Part shown: piece by piece, positions 28,147-37,922 of the stretch
Position numbering within the stretch: the first letter of the stretch is position 1
Layout of the letters: each line of letters opens with the position of its first letter
Source: an uncultured Cytophagia bacterium
GTDB lineage: Bacteria > Zhuqueibacterota > Zhuqueibacteria > Residuimicrobiales > Residuimicrobiaceae
DNA: 64,000 nt
Reading direction: 5' to 3'
NCBI GenBank assembly: GCA_964541895.1
Contig: CAZISM010000013.1
Span: 8,348 to 72,347 of the forward strand
Program-made: the position numbers and the translations under genes
The notes under the pieces: model-generated
Told to the model about the DNA's origin: nothing
Seen by the model: only the letters and a program-made list of their open reading frames with translations
The model's database searches: none

Positions 28147-29430
28147 ATGCAGAGCGCCGCAGCCAAATCCGCAGGCAAAGTCATCCTGCTCCTGATGGCT
28201 CTGATGCAGTTCAGCTCCTGTTCGGATCGAAAGCGGGATAATCCGCTTGATCCTGAAAATCCGCGCACGCATGGCAAACCCGAGGGAGTGGCGGCAGTCG
28301 CCATAGCCAGGTCGGTGCAGGTTTCCTGGTCGCCGCTGGATCTGACAGATCCACATACGGTGGTGATTTATCGAAAAAGCGCAGCGGAGCCCTCGTTCCG
28401 CGAGATCGGTACTGTGTCCGGACCGGAGCATCGCTTTATCGATCAGGGATTGCAGTACGGTTCCGCCTATGCTTATTACATCACCGTGCGGGTCGGGAGC
28501 TATGAAACGCCGCCGTCGGATATCGTGGAAGCGACGCCGGGCCCCACATTTACATGGATTGCCGACCGGACGAGCGGGTATATAGCCTGTCTGAGTCACG
28601 ATCTCACCAGGACGTTGGGAAAATTTGGGGTATTGAATTATCCCTATCTGGTCAGTGCCAGCCCCAAAGAGGGGGCGGCGTGGCTCTATTCCCGGTTCAC
28701 AGAGGAAATCTACAAGGTCGATCATGAGGGCGCCTTGCTGGCGAGTGCGTATAATCTGCCCAACCTGGCAGCGATGCAGGTCGACACCTTGCAAAGCAAG
28801 GTATGGGTCGCCGGCACAACGCCCAGTCAGGTCTTGCGGCTCGGTAGGGATGGGAGGATAGAAATATCCATCACTTCGGTGATGCAGCCGGCAGCGCTGG
28901 CTGTGGATGCTGTTTCGCGAAATGTGTTTGTGATCGATGCGGCCAGAAAGAAAGTGCTCTCCTATTCCACCAGCGGCGCTCTGATCGCCGAATCGGTCAC
29001 GTTCCTGGCGCCTTCTTCTCTGGCGCTGGATACAAGCGCGGGTACGGTTTGGGTGACGGACAGCCTTCGTATGGTGCAACTGCGGTACGACCTGACCACC
29101 ACCGGTGTCATCATCACCGGCCTGGCGCGTGCTTCGCTGGTGGCGACGGATCCGAGCCGGCAAACCGTTTGGGTGGTCGATCTGGAACTGGCGGGTAAAC
29201 CGGCGACGCTGTGGCGGCTCAGCCGCTCCGGCGCGGTCCTGTCCAAACTCTCCCGATTCGGCCATCCGCAATGCCTGGCTGTCAACGAATTCGATGGCTC
29301 CTGTCTGCTGGGGGATATCAGCTATGCCTATGGCGGCTTGTACCGAATCTTGCCGGATGGCAGCCAGTACGACTATATCGGCGCCTGGTACACGCCCTAT
29401 GACATCGATATTGAATATCACAGTTGGTAG
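28147..29430 (+). CDS. Lipoprotein with FN3-like domain and NHL-like beta-propeller
   Basis: Lipobox-like FSSC followed by RDNPLDP; VSW...VIYR...FID..L..G..Y.YYI (FN3); repeated P..LAVD...VWV.D blades. Confidence 0.75.
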   Translation: MQSAAAKSAGKVILLLMALMQFSSCSDRKRDNPLDPENPRTHGKPEGVAAVAIARSVQVSWSPLDLTDPHTVVIYRKSAAEPSFREIGTVSGPEHRFIDQGLQYGSAYAYYITVRVGSYETPPSDIVEATPGPTFTWIADRTSGYIACLSHDLTRTLGKFGVLNYPYLVSASPKEGAAWLYSRFTEEIYKVDHEGALLASAYNLPNLAAMQVDTLQSKVWVAGTTPSQVLRLGRDGRIEISITSVMQPAALAVDAVSRNVFVIDAARKKVLSYSTSGALIAESVTFLAPSSLALDTSAGTVWVTDSLRMVQLRYDLTTTGVIITGLARASLVATDPSRQTVWVVDLELAGKPATLWRLSRSGAVLSKLSRFGHPQCLAVNEFDGSCLLGDISYAYGGLYRILPDGSQYDYIGAWYTPYDIDIEYHSW

Positions 29431-29448
29431 CCGCGAGTCTGATGAAAC

Positions 29449-31890
29449 GTGCGCAGGGTAAGGAATGTGTATGATCGGTATCACCACATGAGGCATCGGT
29501 TTAACCTCCGCTCCTGGCTGTATGCGTCAGCCGCGTTGATCGGGCTTGCTGTTTTTGTCTACTGGGGGCCAAGGGTGTTGACCCTTGTGCCCAGAGACCT
29601 GCGCTATGACCGCAACGAGATTTTGCAGCGGGCCATGGAGCTTGCTCCGCAATGGGGTTACGATATTACGTCGCTGTCGTCGCGGGTGGTGACCAACCAT
29701 AATCGCGGCTTGTTGCGTTATATTCAATCGCATCATGGTCGGGAGCGGCACCCTGAGCTGTTGAACCGTTATCCGGCCTATTTCTGGCAGGTGTTCTGGT
29801 TCGATCCCGGCGATAAACTCAAGCTGGTGCCCGCCTCGGATCGAAACGAACAGCCGTTTACGTTTTCCCAGAACGGGTTTTCCCTGTTGCTGGATGTTCA
29901 GGGCGGTCTGCTCGGTTTTCGTTTCAAAGGCAAGCCGGACAGCACGGTGTTGTCGCCTGACCAGGCCCGCAGCGTGGCGGATTCAATGATGCAGCAATTC
30001 TGCTCGGCCGGCGAGTCTCTGCCGACCTATTCCTACGACAATCACGTGCGTAGCGATATCGGCAGCACGTTCACTTTTTTATATTCCTTTGTACAGAAAA
30101 ACGACGGCATCAACAAGCAGTTGCAGATCAAACTCGAAGGCCGCCGTATCACCTCCATGGAGCTGGTGTACACCCCTACTGTGGAGGTTGGGCCCGACGT
30201 CAAGTCCGAGGAGATGTTTTTCATTATCGTCATGCTGCTGCTGATGGGCGTATATGCGTTTCATTTTATAAAGCGGCTGCGGGATGATCTCATAGATTTT
30301 CGCACCACGGCACCGGTCGCCGTGCTGATGAGCATCACGACGATGACCATGGTTTTGGCGGTGACCTGGGGCACGGATCTATTTTCCATGGTGGGCAGCA
30401 TTTTAACCGCCATGATTTTTGTTCCCGTGGTGTTGTGGCTGGCCTATGCCTGCGGTGACAGCCTGGCGCGCGAAGTATGGGATAACCGGCTGCTGACATT
30501 GGACGGCTTGTACCGGGGGTTTGTTTATCACGAAGGGCTGGGCAGATCCCTGCTGCGCGGAGCCGGTCTGGGCATGATGGTACTGGGTGTGATCACGGTT
30601 ATCCTCTATGTGGCCGGTTTCTGGGTCCAACCCGATCTGATCGAATGGAGCACCGATGCCACCATGGTGTTGGCCCGTCAGCCGCTGTTCTCCGGACTGG
30701 CTGATATTTTATATATGACGTTATGGGTCCAGTTCGGTGTGGTGCTTTTTGTGACGTCGCTGGCTGCGAAATATCTGGTCAAGCCGGGCTGGATTGTAGC
30801 GGCGGTGAGCCTGTTTTGGGGTATCGGCCTGCATTACATGTTCAATTTGCCATCGCATCCGCTGTGGTTGAGCATTATGGTGACAGCGGTGATCGGCGGT
30901 GTGCAGACCTATGCTTTGGTCCGCTACGATTTCCTTACCGGCATCGTGGCCCAGGCAGCCTGGATCAGCGGCTTTTTGCTGCTAAAGCTGGAGTTGTTGA
31001 ACCACCCCACTTATACCAGCAGTGCGGCGGGTATTGCCGTCCTCTGGATCGTCCTGCTGCTCCTGGCGGTGTTTACCTGGCGGCGACCGGTGAGCGAACG
31101 GGAATTGCGGCGGTACCAGCCCGGTCCTTCGCGCGGCATCATGGCCCGCATCCGGCTGCGACGTGAACTGGAGATCGCCCGGCAGGTGCAGCTGAATTTT
31201 TTGCCCAAGTCGATTCCTTCGCTGGATGGGCTGGAGGTGGCCAGCGTGTGCGAGGCGGCCCTGGAAGTCGGTGGGGACTATTTCGATTTTATCCGTCTCA
31301 GTGATACCAGGCTCGGCATCGCCATCGGCGATGTAACCGGCAAGGGTATTTCCGCCGCTTTTTACATGACCCTGAGCAAAGGATTTCTGCGATCTCTCAC
31401 CCATACCATCTCCAGCCCCGGGGAGGTGATGCGGCAGATGAACCAGTTGTACTGGGAGAACGTCGACCGCCAGCATTTCATCAGCATGATCTATGGTGTG
31501 TTCGACATGGAGTCGAGAAGCTTCACCTTTGTGCGCGCCGGTCATAATCCCGTCATCGCCGTGCAGAACGGCCGTTGTTCCGTTCTGACCCCCGGCGGCA
31601 TGGCGTTGGGACTGGACAGCGGCCACATGTTTGCCAAAGTGATGGAAGAACGCACGCTGCCTTTGCAGCGCGGTGATATGTTTGTATTTTTTACCGACGG
31701 ATTTTCCGATGCCAGAAACACGAGCCAGCAGGAATTCGGCGAGGAGCAGTTGTATCAATTGATCGAAAAGCACAAACACCGGTCCGCAGAAGAACTGATG
31801 CGCACCCTTACCCGCGAAGTGAAGAAATTTGTCGGCTCTGCGCTGGAGCACGACGACATGACGATGGTGATCGTACGGATAACGGCATGA
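29449..31890 (+). CDS. Polytopic membrane PP2C/SpoIIE phosphatase with a large extracytoplasmic domain
   Basis: N-terminal TM, ~200-aa soluble domain, about 10 further TM helices, then RRELEIARQVQ, GGDYFD, GDVTGKG, RAGHNP, FTDG, HDDMT. The true start may be a later Met. Confidence 0.9.
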   Translation: MRRVRNVYDRYHHMRHRFNLRSWLYASAALIGLAVFVYWGPRVLTLVPRDLRYDRNEILQRAMELAPQWGYDITSLSSRVVTNHNRGLLRYIQSHHGRERHPELLNRYPAYFWQVFWFDPGDKLKLVPASDRNEQPFTFSQNGFSLLLDVQGGLLGFRFKGKPDSTVLSPDQARSVADSMMQQFCSAGESLPTYSYDNHVRSDIGSTFTFLYSFVQKNDGINKQLQIKLEGRRITSMELVYTPTVEVGPDVKSEEMFFIIVMLLLMGVYAFHFIKRLRDDLIDFRTTAPVAVLMSITTMTMVLAVTWGTDLFSMVGSILTAMIFVPVVLWLAYACGDSLAREVWDNRLLTLDGLYRGFVYHEGLGRSLLRGAGLGMMVLGVITVILYVAGFWVQPDLIEWSTDATMVLARQPLFSGLADILYMTLWVQFGVVLFVTSLAAKYLVKPGWIVAAVSLFWGIGLHYMFNLPSHPLWLSIMVTAVIGGVQTYALVRYDFLTGIVAQAAWISGFLLLKLELLNHPTYTSSAAGIAVLWIVLLLLAVFTWRRPVSERELRRYQPGPSRGIMARIRLRRELEIARQVQLNFLPKSIPSLDGLEVASVCEAALEVGGDYFDFIRLSDTRLGIAIGDVTGKGISAAFYMTLSKGFLRSLTHTISSPGEVMRQMNQLYWENVDRQHFISMIYGVFDMESRSFTFVRAGHNPVIAVQNGRCSVLTPGGMALGLDSGHMFAKVMEERTLPLQRGDMFVFFTDGFSDARNTSQQEFGEEQLYQLIEKHKHRSAEELMRTLTREVKKFVGSALEHDDMTMVIVRITA

Positions 31891-33983
31891 AACAGGAGCT
31901 GAAAAACTTGACCGCGTTGCCGCTGTTGATACCGATCAGCCTGGCCCTGGTGGCCGTGGCGATCGACATCCTCATCATCGGCGGCCTTGATCCTTCCCCG
32001 GCCATCTACATCCGCGAGGTGCTGATCGTGAGCGGCCTGATCCTGTCCCTGCCCATCATCTATCGGCAAAAATGGACTTCGGACCGTAACGTGTTGCGCG
32101 GCTTACGTTCGCTTTTCCTCATGGTGGCCATGACGTTCATGGCGCTGCTGTTGACCAACCTGGATATTTTCGATCTGCGGTCGCGTGCGGAGGCGGCCGG
32201 CTCCATCTATGGCAGTCCGGTCAGTTATCTCTTTATCCTGGCCTGGGCGGTACTGACCGCCCTCTTTGCCCTGCTGGTAATGGGTACGCTGCGCAACCTG
32301 ATCTTCATCAAACAGCGGCGGCACACGGCGCGCAACTTTCATATGCTGGTCTTTTTTCTGTTGTTTTATGCGGTGCTGAATTTTCGTAACTTGTCCAATC
32401 TCGCCGGCCGTTTTTCGTTCGCTTTTAACCAGGATCTGGTCGGCAACATCATTCTGTTTGTGCTGATCAATCTGATCGTGATCAACAGCCTGCGGGTGTC
32501 CTGGCTGAACTATTTGAACAAAAAGCAAAAGCTGGCCTGTTTCTGGGGCGGGCTGATCCTGATCACCATGCAATGGGTACTGGCCGGCAAGTTTCACGAC
32601 ACCAATCCGGCCGCGCTCTTTAGCCCGGTGCTCGGCAAGTTTGTCGATATGGCCATGTGGCTTTTGGCCATTTACCTGACCGTGGCGTTTATATCGCTCA
32701 TCTTTCTCCTGCCGACGGCCCAGCTGTATGACCGCAAGATGCGCCAGATCTCTTCTCTGCACCATCTCAGCCGTGCCGTCAGCGTCGAGTTCGATTTTAA
32801 AAAGCTGGTGCAAATCGTGGTGCGTCTGGCGGCGGATGTCAGCGAAGCGGATTGTTGCTGGCTGGAGCTGTTCGAAACCCGGCAGCAAAAGCTGAAAGTT
32901 TCTTCCGCGCTGCAAGTCGGCGAAGGTCAGCCCAAAGATCGCGATCCGGATGGCACAGACCCGCTGACCCGCTGGCTGCTGAACGGCCGGGAACCGGCGC
33001 TGATCAATCATCTGGCCAAAAGCCCCTACGCCCATGCCCTGGTGCACTGGAAACCGGACATTCAGTCCCTGATCGCGGTACCGCTCACCACCAGCGACAA
33101 GGTGCTGGGTTTGCTGTTTGTGTGCAAGCGTCTGGAATATGGTTTTGAGCAGGACGACGTCAACACCCTGCGGGCGTTTGGCGAGCAGGTGGTGATCGCC
33201 ATTGAAAACGTGCGTCTGATCGAAGCGTCGCTGGTCAAGGAACGGCTGGAGCAGGAACTGCGCATCGCCCACGAAGCGCAGATGAAGCTGCTGCCCCGCG
33301 TGATGCCTTCGTCCGACTATTTTGAAGTGTATGCCCAGTGCATAACCGCCAATGAGGTCGGCGGCGATTATTACGATTTTTTCCCCCTGGCCGACGAATG
33401 CATCGGTCTCGTCGTGGGCGACGTGTCCGGCAAGGGCGCTTCGGCCGCGTTTTATATGGCCGAGCTCAAGGGGATCATGGAGGCCTCGTCCAAAAACGAG
33501 CCTTCGCCCAAACGGGTGTTGAGCCTGGCCAATGAAACGCTGTATCATAACATCGAACGTGATAATTTTGTCAGCGTGGTGTACGGCATTCTTGATCCGC
33601 TGAAAAAGTGCCTGACCTTTTGCCGCGCCGGCCACACGCCGGTCTATCTCGCGGCCGCCGATGCGGAGGAGGTACAGGTGCTGGAGCCGCCGGGCATCGG
33701 CTTGGGTCTGGATCGCGGCGTCCTCTTTGCGGAAACTCTGGAGGAAACCACCGTGCCGCTGCACTCCGGCGACACGGTGCTGCTGTATACCGATGGCGCC
33801 ATTGAACCGCGCAACACGTCCGGCGAGGAGTTTGGCGAACACCGGCTGCGGGAGGCCTTCCATCGCAATCGCCTGCTGCCGGCCCGCGACCTGGTCGAAC
33901 AGCTGGTCAGCGATATTCGCCGTCATGTAGGCTCGGCGCAAGCCTATGACGATCTCACGTTCATCGCCGTCAAGATTAAATAG
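31887..33983 (+). CDS. Polytopic membrane GAF-PP2C/SpoIIE phosphatase
   Basis: About 8 N-terminal TM helices, GAF, EQELRIAHEAQ, GGDYYD, GDVSGKG, RAGHTP, YTDG, YDDLT; ATGA overlap with the previous gene. Confidence 0.9.
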   Translation: MKQELKNLTALPLLIPISLALVAVAIDILIIGGLDPSPAIYIREVLIVSGLILSLPIIYRQKWTSDRNVLRGLRSLFLMVAMTFMALLLTNLDIFDLRSRAEAAGSIYGSPVSYLFILAWAVLTALFALLVMGTLRNLIFIKQRRHTARNFHMLVFFLLFYAVLNFRNLSNLAGRFSFAFNQDLVGNIILFVLINLIVINSLRVSWLNYLNKKQKLACFWGGLILITMQWVLAGKFHDTNPAALFSPVLGKFVDMAMWLLAIYLTVAFISLIFLLPTAQLYDRKMRQISSLHHLSRAVSVEFDFKKLVQIVVRLAADVSEADCCWLELFETRQQKLKVSSALQVGEGQPKDRDPDGTDPLTRWLLNGREPALINHLAKSPYAHALVHWKPDIQSLIAVPLTTSDKVLGLLFVCKRLEYGFEQDDVNTLRAFGEQVVIAIENVRLIEASLVKERLEQELRIAHEAQMKLLPRVMPSSDYFEVYAQCITANEVGGDYYDFFPLADECIGLVVGDVSGKGASAAFYMAELKGIMEASSKNEPSPKRVLSLANETLYHNIERDNFVSVVYGILDPLKKCLTFCRAGHTPVYLAAADAEEVQVLEPPGIGLGLDRGVLFAETLEETTVPLHSGDTVLLYTDGAIEPRNTSGEEFGEHRLREAFHRNRLLPARDLVEQLVSDIRRHVGSAQAYDDLTFIAVKIK

Positions 33984-34015
33984 CCGTCTGTCATATACTC
34001 TATCGGGAGGAGTGA

Positions 34016-34372
34016 ATGGAAAATTTCAAGATTCAACGACGTGATCTGGACCGCTTGTCGACGCTGTCGATCAGCGGCTTCCTGGACGCGCACACCGCAC
34101 CCAAGCTGGAGGAGGCCATCCAGGCTCTGATGGACGAGGGGCGCTTCCACATCATTGTCAATTTCAGCGATCTCACTTATATCAGCAGTGCCGGGTTAGG
34201 TGTGTTCATGGGATTTATCGAGGAGATCCGTAACAAGAGCGGCGATATCAAGATGTGCCAGATGTCGCCCAAGATCTATCGCGTATTTGATCTGCTTGGG
34301 TTTCCGACCATCTATCAGATCTTTGATCGGGAAGAAGAGGCCATGGCACATTTCCAAACGGTGCAAGGTTGA
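34016..34372 (+). CDS. rsbV: STAS anti-sigma factor antagonist (RsbV/SpoIIAA-like)
   Basis: ISGFLDAHTAPKL, TYISSAGLGVFM (phosphorylatable Ser), IYRVFDLLGF. Confidence 0.92.
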   Translation: MENFKIQRRDLDRLSTLSISGFLDAHTAPKLEEAIQALMDEGRFHIIVNFSDLTYISSAGLGVFMGFIEEIRNKSGDIKMCQMSPKIYRVFDLLGFPTIYQIFDREEEAMAHFQTVQG

Positions 34373-34422
34373 ACCGGCACGCAACTCTGGAATGGGCACA
34401 TGAACATGAAAAACAGCCATAG

Positions 34423-34899
34423 GTGAGATACATGATGACAAAAATCAAAGAATTCAAGCTGCGGATTCCAAGCCAGACGGACAATCTCGAGCTCATCCGG
34501 TATTTTGTCGGCCGCGTTGCTGAAAAAGTGGGCTTTGATGATGAAGATGTAGGCAAGATTGAACTGGCGTGTGATGAAGCCTGCACCAATGTGATCAAAC
34601 ATGCCTACAACGTCGATCGTAAAAGCGATCAGTCCCTGGATATTGCGATCAAACTGGATTATCAAAAGCTGACCCTGGTGGTCACGGATCACGGCAAGGG
34701 TTTTAATCCCGATACCATAAAGATGCCTGATATGAAGGAATATCTGGCCGAGCTGAAAGTAGGCGGACTGGGTATTTATCTTATGAAGACCCTGATGGAT
34801 GAAGTGGATTATGATATAAAACCCGGCGTTCGCAATCAGGTGCGCATGGTTAAATACTTTATCAGCAAAAAAAATTCGCAAGTCGTGGAGACCCGTTAG
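34423..34899 (+). CDS. rsbW: Anti-sigma factor / serine kinase (RsbW-like GHKL)
   Basis: IELACDEACTNVIKHAY, VTDHGKGF, GGLGIYLMKTLMDEV. Confidence 0.92.
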   Translation: MRYMMTKIKEFKLRIPSQTDNLELIRYFVGRVAEKVGFDDEDVGKIELACDEACTNVIKHAYNVDRKSDQSLDIAIKLDYQKLTLVVTDHGKGFNPDTIKMPDMKEYLAELKVGGLGIYLMKTLMDEVDYDIKPGVRNQVRMVKYFISKKNSQVVETR

Positions 34900-34915
34900 C
34901 ATCCGAGAAGCCGGT

Positions 34916-36667
34916 ATGAACACAGAGCATCAGGATCCAATTGCGCGCGAATTGGATCAGCGCCTCGTCGAGCTGCACTCCCTGTTCGAGATGGGACAGG
35001 TGTTGAATGCTTCGCTCAACCTGCGCACCATTTTAAGCAATCTCTTATTGACTCCGATGGGACGCATGATGGTCAGCCGCGGCCTGGTTATGCTTATCTC
35101 TGAGCGGGGTGATTATGAAATCATCGAACTGCGGGGATTGAGCCGCTCCCTGATCGGCAAAAAGTGGCATTGGCAAGCGGCCTGGACCAAACCGGTCGTG
35201 CTCAGCGACCCAGAGTCGTCCAATTACGACTTTACCCCGATATTGAAAGAGCTCGACCTCGAACTGCTCATTCCGCTGGTCAGCACGCAGCGTGTCGTCG
35301 GTTTGATGGGGTTGGGCAGCAAACTGGATCGCAATCCTTTCTCATCCGCCGAGATCGAATATCTCTCCTCCCTCTCCAATATCGCCGCCAAATCCATCGA
35401 AAACGCCCTGATCGTGCAAAAGATGGAACAGGTTAACCGCCAGCTGGACAAGAAAATCCAGGAACTCAACACCCTGTTCGAAATCGGCAAAGAGCTGAAC
35501 GCAACGCTGGACCCGGACAAGATCGTGAACCTGATGATCTATGCCATCATGGGCGAAATGGTGGTGAACCGCTGCTTTGTGTTTCTGTCGCAGGACGGAT
35601 CGCTGCAACTGGCCGTGGCGCGAGGTCTGCAGACCGAACCCGAAATGACGGAGCCGTTTCTGCGCGCCGGCTTTCTGAAAAGTTTGAGCCGCGTCAAGCA
35701 GGCGCTCCTCCTCAACGACCACAGCCTGTCGCGCAACATGGCTTTTCTCAAGGGGCAAAGGATACAGGTCATCCTGCCCATGCGTATCCAGGATAAACGC
35801 AAGGGGTATGTGCTGCTGGGTGAAAAGATAACCAAACAGCCCTTTCGGGAAGACGAATTGGAGTTTTTGTCCACCCTGGTCAACCAGGCCATGATCTCGC
35901 TGGAAAATGCCAGATTGTTCAAGGAAGCTCTGGAAAAACAGCGAATGGAAGAGGAGCTGAATATCGCCCGTGACATTCAGCAGCGGCTGCTGCCCGCTTC
36001 GTTTCCCAAAACCTCGGCGCTTGAAATCGAAGGGCTCAATATTCCCTCGCAGCAGGTGGGGGGAGACTATCTGGACTGGATCCCGCTCGACGAACACCGT
36101 ATCGCCGTCACCATCGCCGATGTCTCCGGCAAAGGGATCCCCGCATCACTGCTCATGTCCAGCCTGCAGGCCGGATTGCGCAATTCCGTGGCGTCGTACG
36201 CCGACATGGGCGTCATGGTGGGCCGGCTGAACAATTTTATTCATGCCAACACCACCTTTGACAAGTTTATCACCTTTTTCTATGCCGAGATCAACGTCAC
36301 ACAAAAAACGCTCACCTATGTCAACGCCGGCCACAATCCGCCGTATCTGTATCGCGCGGACGGTTCGATCCGCCGTCTTGAAACCGGGGGGGTGATCCTG
36401 GGCATGATGGCCGATATGCCCTATCAGACCGAAACGCTGGCGCTGCAGGGTGGCGACCTGCTGGTGCTTTTTACGGACGGCGTGACGGAAGCCAAAAACT
36501 CACGCGATCTGGACTTTGAAGAATACCGGTTGGAAGAGATTATCGGCAAATCGCTGGAGCTGCCGGTCAAGCTGCTTCTCGACGAGATCGTCTATGCCCT
36601 TCGTGCCTTTACGAAAGGCACTCCCCAGTCCGATGACATTACCCTGATGGCCGTGCGAATATTTTAG
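34916..36667 (+). CDS. Tandem GAF + PP2C/SpoIIE phosphatase
   Basis: Two similar GAF blocks (LHSLFEMGQVLNASLN / LNTLFEIGKELNATLD); GGDYLD, ADVSGKG, NAGHNPP, FTDGVTEA, SDDIT. Confidence 0.92.
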   Translation: MNTEHQDPIARELDQRLVELHSLFEMGQVLNASLNLRTILSNLLLTPMGRMMVSRGLVMLISERGDYEIIELRGLSRSLIGKKWHWQAAWTKPVVLSDPESSNYDFTPILKELDLELLIPLVSTQRVVGLMGLGSKLDRNPFSSAEIEYLSSLSNIAAKSIENALIVQKMEQVNRQLDKKIQELNTLFEIGKELNATLDPDKIVNLMIYAIMGEMVVNRCFVFLSQDGSLQLAVARGLQTEPEMTEPFLRAGFLKSLSRVKQALLLNDHSLSRNMAFLKGQRIQVILPMRIQDKRKGYVLLGEKITKQPFREDELEFLSTLVNQAMISLENARLFKEALEKQRMEEELNIARDIQQRLLPASFPKTSALEIEGLNIPSQQVGGDYLDWIPLDEHRIAVTIADVSGKGIPASLLMSSLQAGLRNSVASYADMGVMVGRLNNFIHANTTFDKFITFFYAEINVTQKTLTYVNAGHNPPYLYRADGSIRRLETGGVILGMMADMPYQTETLALQGGDLLVLFTDGVTEAKNSRDLDFEEYRLEEIIGKSLELPVKLLLDEIVYALRAFTKGTPQSDDITLMAVRIF

Positions 36668-36746
36668 GCCGATTCTGTGTCTGTGCCCGGGCATCCTGTC
36701 TGTTCCAGCCGGAGCCGCCAGCCCAGGCTAAACCAAAACTAAACCC

Positions 36747-37922
36747 GTGGATATCATGCCTCTGGACCCTACCGATACGGTTCGCATCCTGGTGATCGAT
36801 GACGATGCCAACGTGCGAACCCTCTTTGTGCAGTTTCTCAGCCGCGAAGCCTACGAGATCGACCAGGCCGCCAGCGGCGAAGAGGGTATTGCAAAAATCT
36901 CCCAGCATACGTACAGCCTGATCATAACCGATCTGCAGATGCAACCCACGGATGGTCTGGCGGTGCTGCAGGCCGCAACGGCTAAAGATCCGAATCTGCC
37001 CGTGCTCATCGTCACCGGCTATGGCAGCATTCCGACCGCGGTCCATGCTATGCAGATGGGCGCGTTTGAATATCTGACCAAACCGCTGCAGTCGGAGACG
37101 CTGCTGATCAAGGTGAAAAATGCTCTCGAACGGCGTCGACTGCAGCTCCTGCTGCTGGCACAGCAGCAAAAGCTCGATGAACAGCAGCGGTTGTTTAAAC
37201 AGGACCTGGAGTTGGCGCACCAGGTGCAGACCAGCCTGGTGCCGAAAGGGATCGTTTCAGCCGCAGCGGACGTGGCCGTGCGGTTGCGTCCCATGATGGC
37301 CATCGGCGGCGATCAGTCTGATGTGTTCGATGACGGGGCCGGGCAGTTGTATCTTTCAGTGGTCGATGTGACCGGCCACGGCATTGCCGCGGCCCTGATG
37401 GTAAGCCGCGTCAGCAGCGAATTGAACGTTCTGGTTCGTCGTCGACTGGAACCTAATAAGGTCCTGTATCGGCTGAATGAATTCTGCCTGAGCAACTTTA
37501 CCGGAACCTCCTTGTTTCTGACCATGTTCTGCGCCCGGTACGATTCGGCGAAACACACCCTCACCTATAGCGCCAGCGCACACCCGTCGGCCCTGCTGTG
37601 GCGGAGCGATGAACATCGATTTGCCGAACTGGCCTCGCAGAACCGCATCATCGGTTTTGCCCAGGCGCAACAGGATCAGTTCCTGCAAGATACCGTGTGT
37701 GTCCGGGCAAGTGACCGCCTGATGATATTTACCGACGGCCTGCTGGAGAGCGAAAATCCGCAGGGTCAGGCGCTGGGGAAAGCCGGATTGCGCCACATTG
37801 CCCAGCGCCTGCTCCGCGACCCGGCCGGAGAGGCCGCTGCTCATTGTATTGAACAGGTGGTGGCCTACAGCCATGGCGAACCGCAAGATGACCTGTTGGT
37901 TTTGGTGTGCGATTTTAAATGA
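36747..37922 (+). CDS. Response-regulator receiver + PP2C phosphatase
   Basis: RILVIDDD, ITDLQMQPTDG, IVTGYG, YLTKP; GGDQSD, VDVTGHG, FTDGL, QDDLL. Confidence 0.92.
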   Translation: MDIMPLDPTDTVRILVIDDDANVRTLFVQFLSREAYEIDQAASGEEGIAKISQHTYSLIITDLQMQPTDGLAVLQAATAKDPNLPVLIVTGYGSIPTAVHAMQMGAFEYLTKPLQSETLLIKVKNALERRRLQLLLLAQQQKLDEQQRLFKQDLELAHQVQTSLVPKGIVSAAADVAVRLRPMMAIGGDQSDVFDDGAGQLYLSVVDVTGHGIAAALMVSRVSSELNVLVRRRLEPNKVLYRLNEFCLSNFTGTSLFLTMFCARYDSAKHTLTYSASAHPSALLWRSDEHRFAELASQNRIIGFAQAQQDQFLQDTVCVRASDRLMIFTDGLLESENPQGQALGKAGLRHIAQRLLRDPAGEAAAHCIEQVVAYSHGEPQDDLLVLVCDFK

